Source: Acidobacteriota bacterium
GTDB taxonomy: Bacteria; Acidobacteriota; CAIWXX01
Length of the DNA: 64,000 bases
Direction: 5' to 3'
Assembly (NCBI GenBank): GCA_040755995.1
Contig: JBFMAF010000033.1
Location: forward strand, 71,985-135,984
Program-made: the position numbers and the translations under genes
Part shown: in pieces, positions 34,095 through 44,269 of the stretch
How the letters are laid out: each line of letters starts with the position of its first letter
Position numbering within the stretch: position 1 is the stretch's first letter
Notes under the pieces: model-generated
Databases searched by the model: none
Told to the model about the DNA's origin: nothing
What the model saw: the letters and a program-made list of their open reading frames with translations, nothing else

Positions 34095-34153
34095 TACCTG
34101 GAGAGCTCCAGCGAGCTCACGAACGTAAACACTTTCTCGCGAGGTGATCTTCC

Positions 34154-34543
34154 ATGACGTATCCCGCAGATTTCCGCTATACGAAAGACCACGAGTGGAT
34201 CAAGGTCGAGGGCGGGGTCGGCACCATCGGGTTGACCGACCACGCGCAGCACGAGCTCGGCGACATCGTGCTGGTGGACCTGCCAAAGGTGGGAACATCG
34301 CTCGCCGCCCAGCAGACGCTCGGCACAGTCGAATCCGTCAAGGCCGTGTCCGAGATCTTTTCGCCAGTGTCCGGCGAGGTAACCGAGGTGAACGAGGCGG
34401 TCGGATCGGCGCCGGAGAAAGTCAATCAGGACCCGCACGGCGACGGATGGCTGCTCAAGCTGCGGCTGGCGAACCCGGCCGAAGTCGACGGACTGATGAA
34501 CGCCGATCAGTACACCGACTACATCCAGCAGAAGGCAGGTTAG
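34154..34543 (+). CDS. gcvH: Glycine cleavage system H protein
   Basis: YTKDHEW; lipoyl-lysine motif VESVKA. Confidence 0.97.
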   Translation: MTYPADFRYTKDHEWIKVEGGVGTIGLTDHAQHELGDIVLVDLPKVGTSLAAQQTLGTVESVKAVSEIFSPVSGEVTEVNEAVGSAPEKVNQDPHGDGWLLKLRLANPAEVDGLMNADQYTDYIQQKAG

Positions 34544-34545
34544 GA

Positions 34546-35892
34546 GTGCATCGCTACATCCCCCTGACCGAGACCGAGAAGCAGCAGATGCTGCGCGCGG
34601 TCGGGGTGTCGTCGATGGAGGACCTGTTCGCATCGATTCCTGCGAGCCTTCGGCTGAAGCGCCCGCTGTGCCTGCCCGAGCCGCTCGGCGAGCTGGATGT
34701 CGAACGGCGAATGACGGAGCTCGAACGGCAGAACGTGGAGCCGCGCCTGTGCTTCCTCGGGGCGGGCGCGTACTATCACCACATACCGGCACACGTCGGG
34801 CAGCTCGCTTCTCGCAGCGAGTTTCTCACTGCCTATACACCCTACCAGCCCGAAGTCAGCCAGGGGACGCTGCAGGCGATTTTCGAGTTTCAGACGATGA
34901 TCTGCCAGCTCACGGGGCTCGACGTCGCCAACGCCTCGATGTACGACGGGGCCTCGGCCACGGCCGAAGCGATGCTCATGGCAAATCGTGCCAATGGGCG
35001 AGGGACCTTCCTGCTGGCTCGATCGCTCCACCCCGAATACCGGCAGGTTTGCCGCACGTACGCGGCCAATCTCGGCTTCAAGCTCGTCGAGACCGGCTCG
35101 ACTCCTCAAGGGACCACGGATCTGGATGCGGCCGCCGCCACAGCCGGCCCGGACCTCGCCGCGATCATCATGCAGAGCCCCAATTTTTTCGGCTGCCTGG
35201 AAGACTGGTCCGCTGCCTCGGCGCTGGCCAAGAAGCACGGGGCTCTGTCGATTGCGGTCGTCGCCGAGCCGCTGTCGCTCGCGATCGCGAAGAGCCCCGG
35301 TGAATGCGGGTGCGACATCGCGGTCGGTGAAGCGCAGTCGTTCGGCGTGCCGATCAGCTTTGGGGGGCCGTACCTGGGCTTCATGGCGGCGCTGGACAAG
35401 CACGTGCGCAACATGCCTGGGCGTCTCGTCGGGCAGACGGTCGATCGCAACGGGCGGCGCGGTTTCGTGTTGACGCTGGCCACTCGCGAGCAGCACATAC
35501 GGCGCGAGAAGGCCACGTCCAACATCTGCACCAACGAAGGGCTCTGCGCGTTGATGGCCACGATCTATCTCGCCACACTCGGCCGGCACGGGCTGCGCGA
35601 CCTCGCCGTGCTCAACCTCTCCCTCGCCTCGTACGCGCGCAAGACGATCGCGGCATCGAAGACGCTGCGACTTCGGTTCCATGCCGCCGGCTTCAACGAG
35701 CTGGTTGTGGAATTGAGAGGACCCGCCGCCCCGGCGCACCGGAAGCTGCTCGACAAGGGCATCGTCGCCGGTCTGCCGCTCGGTGGCTTCTATCCCGAGC
35801 TGTCGAGATGCCTTCTTCTGTACGTCCAGGAGACGACGCGCAAGGAGGATATCGACGAGCTGGTGCACGAGCTTGACGGCCTGGACTCCTGA
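34546..35892 (+). CDS. gcvPA: Glycine dehydrogenase subunit 1
   Basis: TAYTPYQPEVSQG, ANASMYDG, TREQHIRREKATSNIC; GTG start at 34546. Confidence 0.96.
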   Translation: MHRYIPLTETEKQQMLRAVGVSSMEDLFASIPASLRLKRPLCLPEPLGELDVERRMTELERQNVEPRLCFLGAGAYYHHIPAHVGQLASRSEFLTAYTPYQPEVSQGTLQAIFEFQTMICQLTGLDVANASMYDGASATAEAMLMANRANGRGTFLLARSLHPEYRQVCRTYAANLGFKLVETGSTPQGTTDLDAAAATAGPDLAAIIMQSPNFFGCLEDWSAASALAKKHGALSIAVVAEPLSLAIAKSPGECGCDIAVGEAQSFGVPISFGGPYLGFMAALDKHVRNMPGRLVGQTVDRNGRRGFVLTLATREQHIRREKATSNICTNEGLCALMATIYLATLGRHGLRDLAVLNLSLASYARKTIAASKTLRLRFHAAGFNELVVELRGPAAPAHRKLLDKGIVAGLPLGGFYPELSRCLLLYVQETTRKEDIDELVHELDGLDS

Positions 35893-35900
35893 GGATCAAG

Positions 35901-37358
35901 ATGAGGATTGAAGAGAAGCTCATATTCGAGAAGAGCCGCGCCGGGCGCGTCGGCTACGCGGTACCATCCACGACCGTGGATCCGGTCGATCCATCCGCCG
36001 CCCTCGGCCCATACTATCGCGAAGACATTCCCGGTTTCCCGGAGTTGAGCGAGCCCGAGGTGATAAGGCATTTCGTCAATCTCTCGAAGCTCAACTACTC
36101 GATCGACGAGGGGATGTACCCACTGGGTTCGTGCACGATGAAGTACAACCCCAAGATCAACGAGAAGATGGCGGCAAAGGAAGGGTTCGCGGGTGCGCAC
36201 CCGTACTGGCCGCCGGAGCTGGTGCAGGGATGCCTGCGGGTGATGAAGGAGGTCGAGTACGGACTGTGCGACATCAGCGGCCTGGATGCCTTCTCGCTGC
36301 AGCCGGCCGCGGGGGCGCACGGCGAGCTCACCGGGATGCTGATGATCCGCGCCTATCACAAGTCGCGCGACGAGAACCGCGACATCGTGCTCATCCCGGA
36401 CTCGGCCCACGGCACCAACCCGAGCAGCGCACACATCGGCGGGCTGAAGGTGCAGCAGATCGCGAGCAACGCGCGCGGCAGGCTGGACGTCGAATCGCTC
36501 CGCAAGCATCTCTCGCCGAAGGTCGCGGCGTTGATGATCACCAATCCCAACACGCTCGGCCTCTTCGAAGACGAGATCGGCCGGATCGCCGAGCTGCTGC
36601 ATGCGGCGGGCGCTCAGCTTTACATGGACGGCGCCAACATGAACGCGCTCCTCGGCAAGGTGCGCCCGGGCGACTTCGGCGTCGATGTGCTGCACATCAA
36701 CCTGCACAAGACGTTCTCGACGCCTCACGGCGGCGGCGGTCCGGGCTCGGGGCCGGTCGGAGTCAAGACACACCTGGAGCCCTTCCTGCCCGTGCCGGTG
36801 ATCGTTGATGAAGCCGGGCGCCTGCGCCTAGATTACAGCCGGCCGGAATCGATCGGGCGCGTGCGCGCCTTCTACGGGAACTTCGGCATGGTTGTCCGCG
36901 CATACACGTACATCTTGAGCCTCGGGAGCGAGGGGATGAGCGCCATATCGGAGGCGGCCGTGCTCAACGCCAACTACCTCCGGGTGAAGCTCATGGAACG
37001 CTACCACCTGGCTTACGAGGGCCTCTGCATGCACGAGTCTGTGTTCACGGACAAGCGGCAGGCCGCCTCAGGCGTCACGACGATGAACATCGCCAAGCGC
37101 CTGATGGACTACGGTTTCCACCCGCCCACCGTCTACTTTCCGCTCATCGTTTCGGGCGCGCTGATGATCGAGCCCACCGAGAGCGAGCCGCTGGAGGAGC
37201 TCGACCGGTTCGTCGCTGTGATGAACACGATCGCCGATGAGGCCCAGACCAATCCCGACATCGTCAAGAACGCGCCTCACACGACACCGATCCTGCGGCT
37301 CGACGAGACGCGCGCCGCCCGCACACCCGTGCTGCGCTGGAGGCCGGAGAACCGTTGA
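35901..37358 (+). CDS. gcvPB: Glycine dehydrogenase subunit 2
   Basis: PLGSCTMKYN, SAHGTNP, NLHKTF (PLP lysine), PHGGGGPG. Confidence 0.97.
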   Translation: MRIEEKLIFEKSRAGRVGYAVPSTTVDPVDPSAALGPYYREDIPGFPELSEPEVIRHFVNLSKLNYSIDEGMYPLGSCTMKYNPKINEKMAAKEGFAGAHPYWPPELVQGCLRVMKEVEYGLCDISGLDAFSLQPAAGAHGELTGMLMIRAYHKSRDENRDIVLIPDSAHGTNPSSAHIGGLKVQQIASNARGRLDVESLRKHLSPKVAALMITNPNTLGLFEDEIGRIAELLHAAGAQLYMDGANMNALLGKVRPGDFGVDVLHINLHKTFSTPHGGGGPGSGPVGVKTHLEPFLPVPVIVDEAGRLRLDYSRPESIGRVRAFYGNFGMVVRAYTYILSLGSEGMSAISEAAVLNANYLRVKLMERYHLAYEGLCMHESVFTDKRQAASGVTTMNIAKRLMDYGFHPPTVYFPLIVSGALMIEPTESEPLEELDRFVAVMNTIADEAQTNPDIVKNAPHTTPILRLDETRAARTPVLRWRPENR

Positions 37359-37445
37359 AACGCGCGCCGGCATGGATAGTGCGCAGCCAGTGTTCCGGAG
37401 GCCGCGTGCAGGCACTCGAGTGCCCTGTCGCGTGCGCCCTGCAGC

Positions 37446-39110
37446 CTAGCGCTCTCTAATGCAGACGGCAGCAACGTTGTTTGACTCGTCTCCCTCCGCC
37501 ACCGCATTTAGGGCATCGGTGACGGCAAGGAGGTACCAGCCTTGCAGGCTGCTGGCGCCGACATGAGAAACAGCCACGCGAAACCGGTCACCGCTGGGCA
37601 GCCAACTGACCCGATGCGTTGAGACACGGATGTCGTCGTCGCTCGGTGAGGCATCGCCGGAAAGGTAGACGAACAGCTGTGTGGCTCTCGATCGGGCACC
37701 TCCGAGATTCCACACACTGCACACTGCGGAGACGGTGTTTCCAGTTAGAACAGGATCATCCCAATGCGCGGCGAGGTCCGCCTGTTCGCATGCGTGGAAA
37801 ACGAGGGGAGTTGGGGATCCCAGCTTTCGCGATTCTTTCAGGCTGACGGCCGGACATCGGAGACGCACGGCGGAGGCTGCGACTGGAACGGCCGAGGTGC
37901 TCTCCACCCAGCCTTCCCAGTCCTCGCCGCGCGAGCGGCAAGGTTGCTCGGCCCAGCCGTCGGCCGTGAGTTTGACGAGCAGCCCTCCGTCCTGGTCCCC
38001 CGATTCCGGAGGTCTCCATATGCCCGCCAGAATCCAACCGCCATCTCCAGCTCTGCCTGTGGCAAGGTACTCGTCACGGTAATGCCCATCGCCTGGGACA
38101 GGGAAGGTCCGGTGCCAGATCCCCCGGCACTGAGCGTCAACGTGCGCTACCCAGTGTTTCGTCTCATCGTGGTCAAACACAATCCCCGCGATGATCATGC
38201 TGGCATCGTTCATGATTTCGAGAGCTGTTGGCCTGCTGTAACTGGCAATCCCTAGCTTCCTCTGATCGAGGATGTGACCTTGGTCATCCAAGCGCAAGAA
38301 CCAGGCCGATTCCTGCACCACTTCGTTCCTGCTCGCAGCCACCACGATCTGCCTTGATTTCGTCCCACGGATAGCCAGACTGTCGAACCCCAGATAGGCA
38401 AGGGCATCCTCGTACTGCTTCTGCCATTTGATCCGCCCGTTCGCGTCGAGCCTGATGACCGCGATACTATCCTCTCCCCCAGTAAGGGCCAGAGCGAACC
38501 CTCCATCGGCCACCTCTGAGACGGCAAAGCGCCAAATACGAGATGGGACCTGATACTTCCATGTCCAGCGCAGATTCCCATCCGAGTCAAGCTTCGCACA
38601 GAAGAGGGCATTCTCATCTTCAACGGTACCGGACATCGTGCTAGCGACCAGGATGCCGCCATTCGTGATTGGACACGTCGCGATCGTGTCACCAGTGGCA
38701 ATCTCCGCTTTGACCGTGCGTTGCCACACGCCATTCCCATCAGAGTCGAGTTTGACGAAGTATATTCCACCGGTAACAAGTCCACCCGCAATGATGTAGT
38801 GGTCAGTCGTCTCCTCAATCGCCTCAATACGAAAAGCACCAGAAGGATTAGGGTGGCCCACAACTCTCAGCCAACGAAGCTCGCCGTCAGCCGAAGTCTT
38901 GACAACAAGTCCGCGCAATCTCCATCTGTCCTCCTTCTTCAACGCGGCTCCACCCGCAATCGCACCACCGTCGGCTGTCGCCCTTCCGCATAGGAACACT
39001 GAATCATCGTTCACCACTGCCGCAGTGACCCAGCTGGAGGCTGCCACTGCTGTGCCCGCATTAACCCATGAGTAGAACCCGACAAGCCAGAGCGCGGCTA
39101 TTCTCGGCAT
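37446..39110 (-). CDS. Secreted beta-propeller-repeat protein with C-terminal CARDB-like domain
   Basis: Signal peptide from MPRIAALW; repeated KLDSDGNxxW units; C-terminal YLSGD...DALNAVAEGDESNN. Confidence 0.72.
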   Translation of the reverse strand: MPRIAALWLVGFYSWVNAGTAVAASSWVTAAVVNDDSVFLCGRATADGGAIAGGAALKKEDRWRLRGLVVKTSADGELRWLRVVGHPNPSGAFRIEAIEETTDHYIIAGGLVTGGIYFVKLDSDGNGVWQRTVKAEIATGDTIATCPITNGGILVASTMSGTVEDENALFCAKLDSDGNLRWTWKYQVPSRIWRFAVSEVADGGFALALTGGEDSIAVIRLDANGRIKWQKQYEDALAYLGFDSLAIRGTKSRQIVVAASRNEVVQESAWFLRLDDQGHILDQRKLGIASYSRPTALEIMNDASMIIAGIVFDHDETKHWVAHVDAQCRGIWHRTFPVPGDGHYRDEYLATGRAGDGGWILAGIWRPPESGDQDGGLLVKLTADGWAEQPCRSRGEDWEGWVESTSAVPVAASAVRLRCPAVSLKESRKLGSPTPLVFHACEQADLAAHWDDPVLTGNTVSAVCSVWNLGGARSRATQLFVYLSGDASPSDDDIRVSTHRVSWLPSGDRFRVAVSHVGASSLQGWYLLAVTDALNAVAEGDESNNVAAVCIRER

Positions 39111-39215
39111 GACTGAGCCTCCCTTAACCTTGGTGTGCTGCTTTCCGAAGTCATCCTCTCTCCATTCGAGCATTGCCATCTGCTCGGATCTCAAGCGACG
39201 TGTCCCGGGGACAGA

Positions 39216-40877
39216 TCACGGTATCTCTCTCGCGATCACGTTGTTGCCTTCATTGCTCTCGACGACTTTCTTGGTGTGATCAACGGATGCAATGAGGTAC
39301 TTGCCCTGCAGCGGGCCTGTCCGCGAGAAGGAGATGTCCAGGGGCGGGCTCGATTCGCCCACGCGGAGCGGAGACACGTAGTACGTTCGGACTAGCTCGT
39401 CTGCGTCGTCGAGTGCATCATCCTCAGACAAGTAGATGGCGACGTCAAACCCAGTGCGTGTCCACCTGGTGCCATCATTCGTGCAGACGACCCTGCCCGA
39501 TACGGTCGAGCCCTGACGATCAAGGTAATCCCATCTTGCCACGAGGTCAGCGAAGAGACAGAGATCGGCGCTCGCGGCCTCACTCAGGACGGCCTTGCCT
39601 GTCAGAGGCGCGGCGCCATTGTCTATTTGGCCCCGTTGTGTGTTGGTTTCCGTGATCCGGACCGAGATCGGCGAGGAGACGATCGCCATATCCTCGGTCA
39701 GGATGTCACAGGCGATTGGGAGCTTGCCGGCTGAGGACATCCGGCAAAGTCCTAGGGGACCGGGGCTGACATTGGATGAAAGATACACGCCGCCGTTGGG
39801 CGCCGCTGCGATTCCTGACGAGTAGCTCCCAGGAAACGGTTTCATCCAGTTCACGATCCCCGACGAGGTCAAGCTCAGCACCCGAACATCAGGAGTGTGG
39901 GCGCCGGCGAAGTGCCCCGCAAGAACCGGACCATCACCGGGTACGCGGCTCAAGGATGGAAGGTAGGAAGACAGAAGACCGGTATCCGCTTCGTAGGTCT
40001 TCTGCCATCCAACCCGTCCTGACGATGAAAGCGACATCAGGATGAGCTGCAAGTCGCCTTTCCCAAACGAGGAGCTCACGCCCGCGATCACACAGCCGTT
40101 GTCCGAATCCAGGATCATGTCCGCCGGCAGATCATCGAGCGCACCACCATAGGAGTTCTGCCATACCACGTTGCCCGAAGAATCCAGTTTGATGACCCAG
40201 ATGTCGTTGGCCCCTGATCCGTAGGATCTGGTGCGGCACAAGAGGAGATATCCGCCATCGGAGGTCGGGAGAATCCTCCGGCCTGCATCGTTGCCTGGGC
40301 CACCGTAGCGGTACTGCCACAGAATCTTTCCTGATCCATCCGTCTTCACCACCCACGCATCCGGTCTCGTTGTCCCGGAGACGATCGTCGACCCGGCAAT
40401 GATGTATCCGGCATCTGCCGTCTGACGGATGTCGTTTGCGGAGTCGCCACCGGGACCGCCATACAACCATTGCCACTCTATGTCCCCATCTGGCGACAAC
40501 TTGCGCACCCACGCATCTTGTTCTTGCGGGCTGTATCGGTCGTTCATGAAGCCGCACGTGATGTACCCGCCATCCGATGTCTGGCTAAGACCATACGAAC
40601 CCGCACGCCTCCGTACATAGGGGAATCGGCACTTCCAGGATGTACTTCCATACTCGTCAAACTTCACGAGCTGCCCTCCGTGTTCAACCGACAGAAGAAC
40701 AATCCCTCCATTGTCATCGGTCGAAACCATCCTGATGGCCTCGGCGGAAGGCGTTCCGGCTGCTACGCCACGAGCCCAGGTTGGCGTGTCACTAGCACTG
40801 GCGCAGCTCAACGGGGCGCCCTGCCACATTGCGAAACCCCAAGCCAACAACGCTCTGGCAGTCATGCTAGCCTCCAT
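39216..40877 (-). CDS. Secreted beta-propeller-repeat protein with C-terminal CARDB-like domain (paralogue of 37446-39110)
   Basis: QTSDGGY and KLDSSGNVVWQxxYGG repeats; YLSEDD...VVESNEGNN. Confidence 0.78.
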   Translation of the reverse strand: MEASMTARALLAWGFAMWQGAPLSCASASDTPTWARGVAAGTPSAEAIRMVSTDDNGGIVLLSVEHGGQLVKFDEYGSTSWKCRFPYVRRRAGSYGLSQTSDGGYITCGFMNDRYSPQEQDAWVRKLSPDGDIEWQWLYGGPGGDSANDIRQTADAGYIIAGSTIVSGTTRPDAWVVKTDGSGKILWQYRYGGPGNDAGRRILPTSDGGYLLLCRTRSYGSGANDIWVIKLDSSGNVVWQNSYGGALDDLPADMILDSDNGCVIAGVSSSFGKGDLQLILMSLSSSGRVGWQKTYEADTGLLSSYLPSLSRVPGDGPVLAGHFAGAHTPDVRVLSLTSSGIVNWMKPFPGSYSSGIAAAPNGGVYLSSNVSPGPLGLCRMSSAGKLPIACDILTEDMAIVSSPISVRITETNTQRGQIDNGAAPLTGKAVLSEAASADLCLFADLVARWDYLDRQGSTVSGRVVCTNDGTRWTRTGFDVAIYLSEDDALDDADELVRTYYVSPLRVGESSPPLDISFSRTGPLQGKYLIASVDHTKKVVESNEGNNVIAREIP

Positions 40878-40934
40878 TCACCATTCCCTATATCCCTTTC
40901 CATCATTTTCCTTTGGGGTGTCTACCTGGTCAAG

Positions 40935-41231
40935 CTATTGCTCGGCCTGACTCGATGTGAATGTGACCAGCAGCGTCACGTCCACGACCGTCGGGACATT
41001 CATGTACCAATAGCTTGTGCCGCCATTCGTGCTCTTGAAGACCCCGCCATAGTCGATCGCCGCATAGACGGTCGCGGGGTTCGACGGGTTGACAACCGCA
41101 AGCAGGACATTTCCACCATACGGGCCGTTGCTGGTCCAGACGTTGTTCCCTCCATACGCTCCGACCGCCGCGCTGATGAAGATGCCCATCACGAAAAGGG
41201 ACACTCTCGAAAGAGCTTCACCTCTGGCCAT
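40935..41231 (-). pseudogene. N-terminal remnant of a secreted BNR/Asp-box repeat protein
   Basis: Signal peptide then NVWTSNGPYGG...PSNPATVYA...GGVFKSTNGG, ending after one repeat. Confidence 0.6.
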
Positions 41232-41465
41232 GACAGCCTCCTTCGCTTTCTGTGAGGTAGCCTGCGTATCCGCAATCCATTCTGGCCCGACTTGGACGCA
41301 TAGACTTGCTCATTTTCGACTCCTTCTTGTGACGGTCAATCGCTGATTCGACTCCTTCCCACTCCAATACGCGCAGAATCCGGGCAAAACCGCTGCTAGT
41401 CTGCCAGACGGCTTGAGGCGAAGACTGTCGCTATTGGGGCGGGTTTTCCGAGCGGTGCGTCACTG

Positions 41466-41491
41466 CCACTCTCTACTCTCCACTCTCTACT
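41466..41491 (-). repeat. Second copy of the 26 bp heptamer repeat
   Basis: CCACTCTCTACTCTCCACTCTCTACT, reverse complement of 29675-29700. Confidence 0.85.
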
Positions 41492-41621
41492 CGAGGCGTG
41501 GCCGAGGCAGCCTCGGACAGTTCATCGGTCCGAAGCCGCGCCTCGCAGCTTCTAGCGTTCGCCCGCCCGCTCGCGAGGTGCTATACTGAGTCGAGCGGAG
41601 ACTGGGAACTGATGAGGCACC

Positions 41622-44264
41622 ATGCCTGAGACGGCCTATCCGATCCTGCTCGTCGAGGACAGCCGGGTACACGTGATGCTGGTGCGGCGCGCCCTGCACA
41701 AGCACGTGCTCACCTATCCGCTCCACGTGGTGACCGACGGTTCGGATGCTATTCGATACCTGGCTGGCGAGGGGGAGTACGCCGATCGCAACCGCCATCC
41801 ATTCCCGTCGCTCGTGATCCTGGATCTGGTGCTGCCGGGCCGCTCGGGCCTCGACGTGCTCCGTTGGATGCGGCTGCAGCGGCCTACAGGAGACCTGCCG
41901 GTCATCGTGCTGACGGGGTCCCGCGAAGCCGAAGTGATCCGGCACGCGTACGAGCTCGGAGCCAATGCCTACCTGGTCAAGCCGGTGACCTCCGAAGGCC
42001 TGCTCAACACCATCTACTCGCTGGGGCTGTTCCCGGAGGAGCCTCAAAGGGCGTTGCTGGTCGAAGACAATCCAGGCGACCGCGATCTGATCGCGCGCAC
42101 TCTCACACGTGAATTCCCCAACATCGACCTGGTGGTCGCCTCTTCCGAGGCCGAGTTCGCCAAGGCGCTAGAAAAAGGCGATGTCGACCTCGTGATCACC
42201 GACTACCGGCTCGGCTGGACCGACGGCATCACTGTCATGTACTCCTTCAAGGCCGTCTGGCCCGAGTGCCCCGTCATCATGCTCGCGGGCGCGGGACACG
42301 AGGAAACAGCATCCGCGGCAATGCGCGTCGGATTGGACGACTACGTCGTCAAGACCGCCACGCACCCCGGGCGCCTGTCGGCCTCCGTACGCCTCGTCAT
42401 GGGCCGCGCCCGGTTCCGGCGCATGGTCAGAGCCGCAGAGGCGCGCTACAGGAAGCTCGTCGAGGAGGTCCCGGTCGGGCTCTACACTTCAACACCCGAG
42501 GGGTACATCCTGGAAGTCAACCCCACCCTGATCCGCATGCTCGGGTATCCGACCCGTGAGGCCCTGCTGGCCGTGAACGCGGAGGACCTGTACTTGAGTC
42601 CCGCGGATCGGCGGCGCCACGTCTCGATCCTCCAACGCGAAGGCGTCCTGCGCGGCTGCGAGATTCAGCTCCGATGTTACGACGGCCGCGTGATCTGGGT
42701 CGAGGACAACGTCACTGCGATACCCGACGGCTCGGGACGAATCTACCAGTACGAAGGATGCATGATCGACATCACGGCGCGCAAGCGCGCCGAACAGGCG
42801 CTCCGTGACAACGAAGAGCGCTATCGTTTGCTGTTTCATCGATCCCCCGTCGGCGTATTCCAGTACGATGACGAGCTGCGTCTCACGGAGTTCAACGATC
42901 GGTTCATCGCGATACTGCAATCCACGCGCGAAAAGCTCTCGGGCCTCGATCTCAACCGGCTGAAGGACCAGTCCGTGGTTCCCGCGCTGCGTAGGCCGCT
43001 GGATCGGGAAGAGGGATACTACGAAGGTCTCTACCGGGCGACGACCAGCAATGCGGAGATCCATGTCTCGATGCGCACGGCGCCGCTCATCGGGCCCGTG
43101 GGAGAAGTCGTCGGAGGCATCGGCATCGCGGAGGACATTACCGAGCGCGTCCAGCTGACGGAACAGCTGCGGCAGGCGCAGAGGCTGGAGGCCATCGGGG
43201 CGCTGGCCGGAGGTGTCGCGCACGATTTCAACAACATTCTGCAGGCGATGCTTTCGGTCACCCAGATGCTCCAGCGTCAGAGCGGCGATGACGGGCGGCG
43301 GGCGGCCATGATGCAGGAGCTCGAGGCGCACATCCGCCGGGGCGCCGCGTTGACGCGCCAGCTTCTCGTGCTCTCTCGTCGCGACGTCGGCACGCGCGAG
43401 CACCTGGATCTGAACACGGTGCTGATGACCAGCAGCGGGTTCCTCCGCCGGCTCGTCCGCGAAGACATCCGCTTCACGTTGAACCTGGCGTCTGAGGAGC
43501 TCCCGGTGGAATCAGACCGGGGCCAGATGGAACAGGTCTTGGTGAACCTGGTCGTGAACGCATGCGAGGCCATGCCGAGGGGCGGAGAGTTGACGATTCG
43601 GAGCGGCTCGGAGGCACCGGACCGGGTCTGGTTCGAGGTGCAGGACACAGGCTCGGGAATCCCTCCCGAGGTGAGCCGGCGCATGTTCGAGCCGTTCTTC
43701 ACAACCAAGGGGCCAGGCAAGGGCACAGGCCTCGGGCTCTCCGTGGTGCACAATATTGTGACGCAGCACAGAGGCCGTGTGGATGTAACAAGCGAGGTGG
43801 GTCGAGGGAGTGTATTTCGCATCACTTTGCCGCGGCACGCGGTTGCCGCCGCGCGCACCGCCGAGAAGGCGGCTCCGTCGACGGCCCTGCCCATGGCGCG
43901 CGGAGAGCGGATACTGATGGTGGAGGACGAGGAGGGGGCCAGGGAGGGGTTGAAGGACGCCCTCTCGATTCTCGGCTATTCGGTCGTCGCAGTGGGGAGC
44001 GGCGAGCAGGCGGAGGCGGCGCCTGCGACTCCGCCTTTCGACCTGCTCCTCACGGATCTCCTGCTTCCCGGAGTGCACGGTGTCGAGCTGGCGCGCTCGC
44101 TGACTGGACGATGGCCGCGGCTCAAGATCATCATCATGTCCGGGTATCCGGAGGACGAGGCCGTGCGGCGCGGTGCGATGGACGGGAGCATTCGCTTCCT
44201 GCAGAAACCTTTCGACCTGGCCACACTTGCGCGGGAGATTCGGTCGGTCCTCGACGGCGCGTGA
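41622..44264 (+). CDS. Hybrid sensor kinase REC-REC-PAS-PAS-HisKA-HATPase-REC
   Basis: Receiver motifs ILLVED, LLVED, ILMVED; PAS/PAC DITARK; H-box GVAHDFNN; G-boxes DTGSG and GTGLGL. Confidence 0.92.
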   Translation: MPETAYPILLVEDSRVHVMLVRRALHKHVLTYPLHVVTDGSDAIRYLAGEGEYADRNRHPFPSLVILDLVLPGRSGLDVLRWMRLQRPTGDLPVIVLTGSREAEVIRHAYELGANAYLVKPVTSEGLLNTIYSLGLFPEEPQRALLVEDNPGDRDLIARTLTREFPNIDLVVASSEAEFAKALEKGDVDLVITDYRLGWTDGITVMYSFKAVWPECPVIMLAGAGHEETASAAMRVGLDDYVVKTATHPGRLSASVRLVMGRARFRRMVRAAEARYRKLVEEVPVGLYTSTPEGYILEVNPTLIRMLGYPTREALLAVNAEDLYLSPADRRRHVSILQREGVLRGCEIQLRCYDGRVIWVEDNVTAIPDGSGRIYQYEGCMIDITARKRAEQALRDNEERYRLLFHRSPVGVFQYDDELRLTEFNDRFIAILQSTREKLSGLDLNRLKDQSVVPALRRPLDREEGYYEGLYRATTSNAEIHVSMRTAPLIGPVGEVVGGIGIAEDITERVQLTEQLRQAQRLEAIGALAGGVAHDFNNILQAMLSVTQMLQRQSGDDGRRAAMMQELEAHIRRGAALTRQLLVLSRRDVGTREHLDLNTVLMTSSGFLRRLVREDIRFTLNLASEELPVESDRGQMEQVLVNLVVNACEAMPRGGELTIRSGSEAPDRVWFEVQDTGSGIPPEVSRRMFEPFFTTKGPGKGTGLGLSVVHNIVTQHRGRVDVTSEVGRGSVFRITLPRHAVAAARTAEKAAPSTALPMARGERILMVEDEEGAREGLKDALSILGYSVVAVGSGEQAEAAPATPPFDLLLTDLLLPGVHGVELARSLTGRWPRLKIIIMSGYPEDEAVRRGAMDGSIRFLQKPFDLATLAREIRSVLDGA

Positions 44265-44269
44265 TTGCC

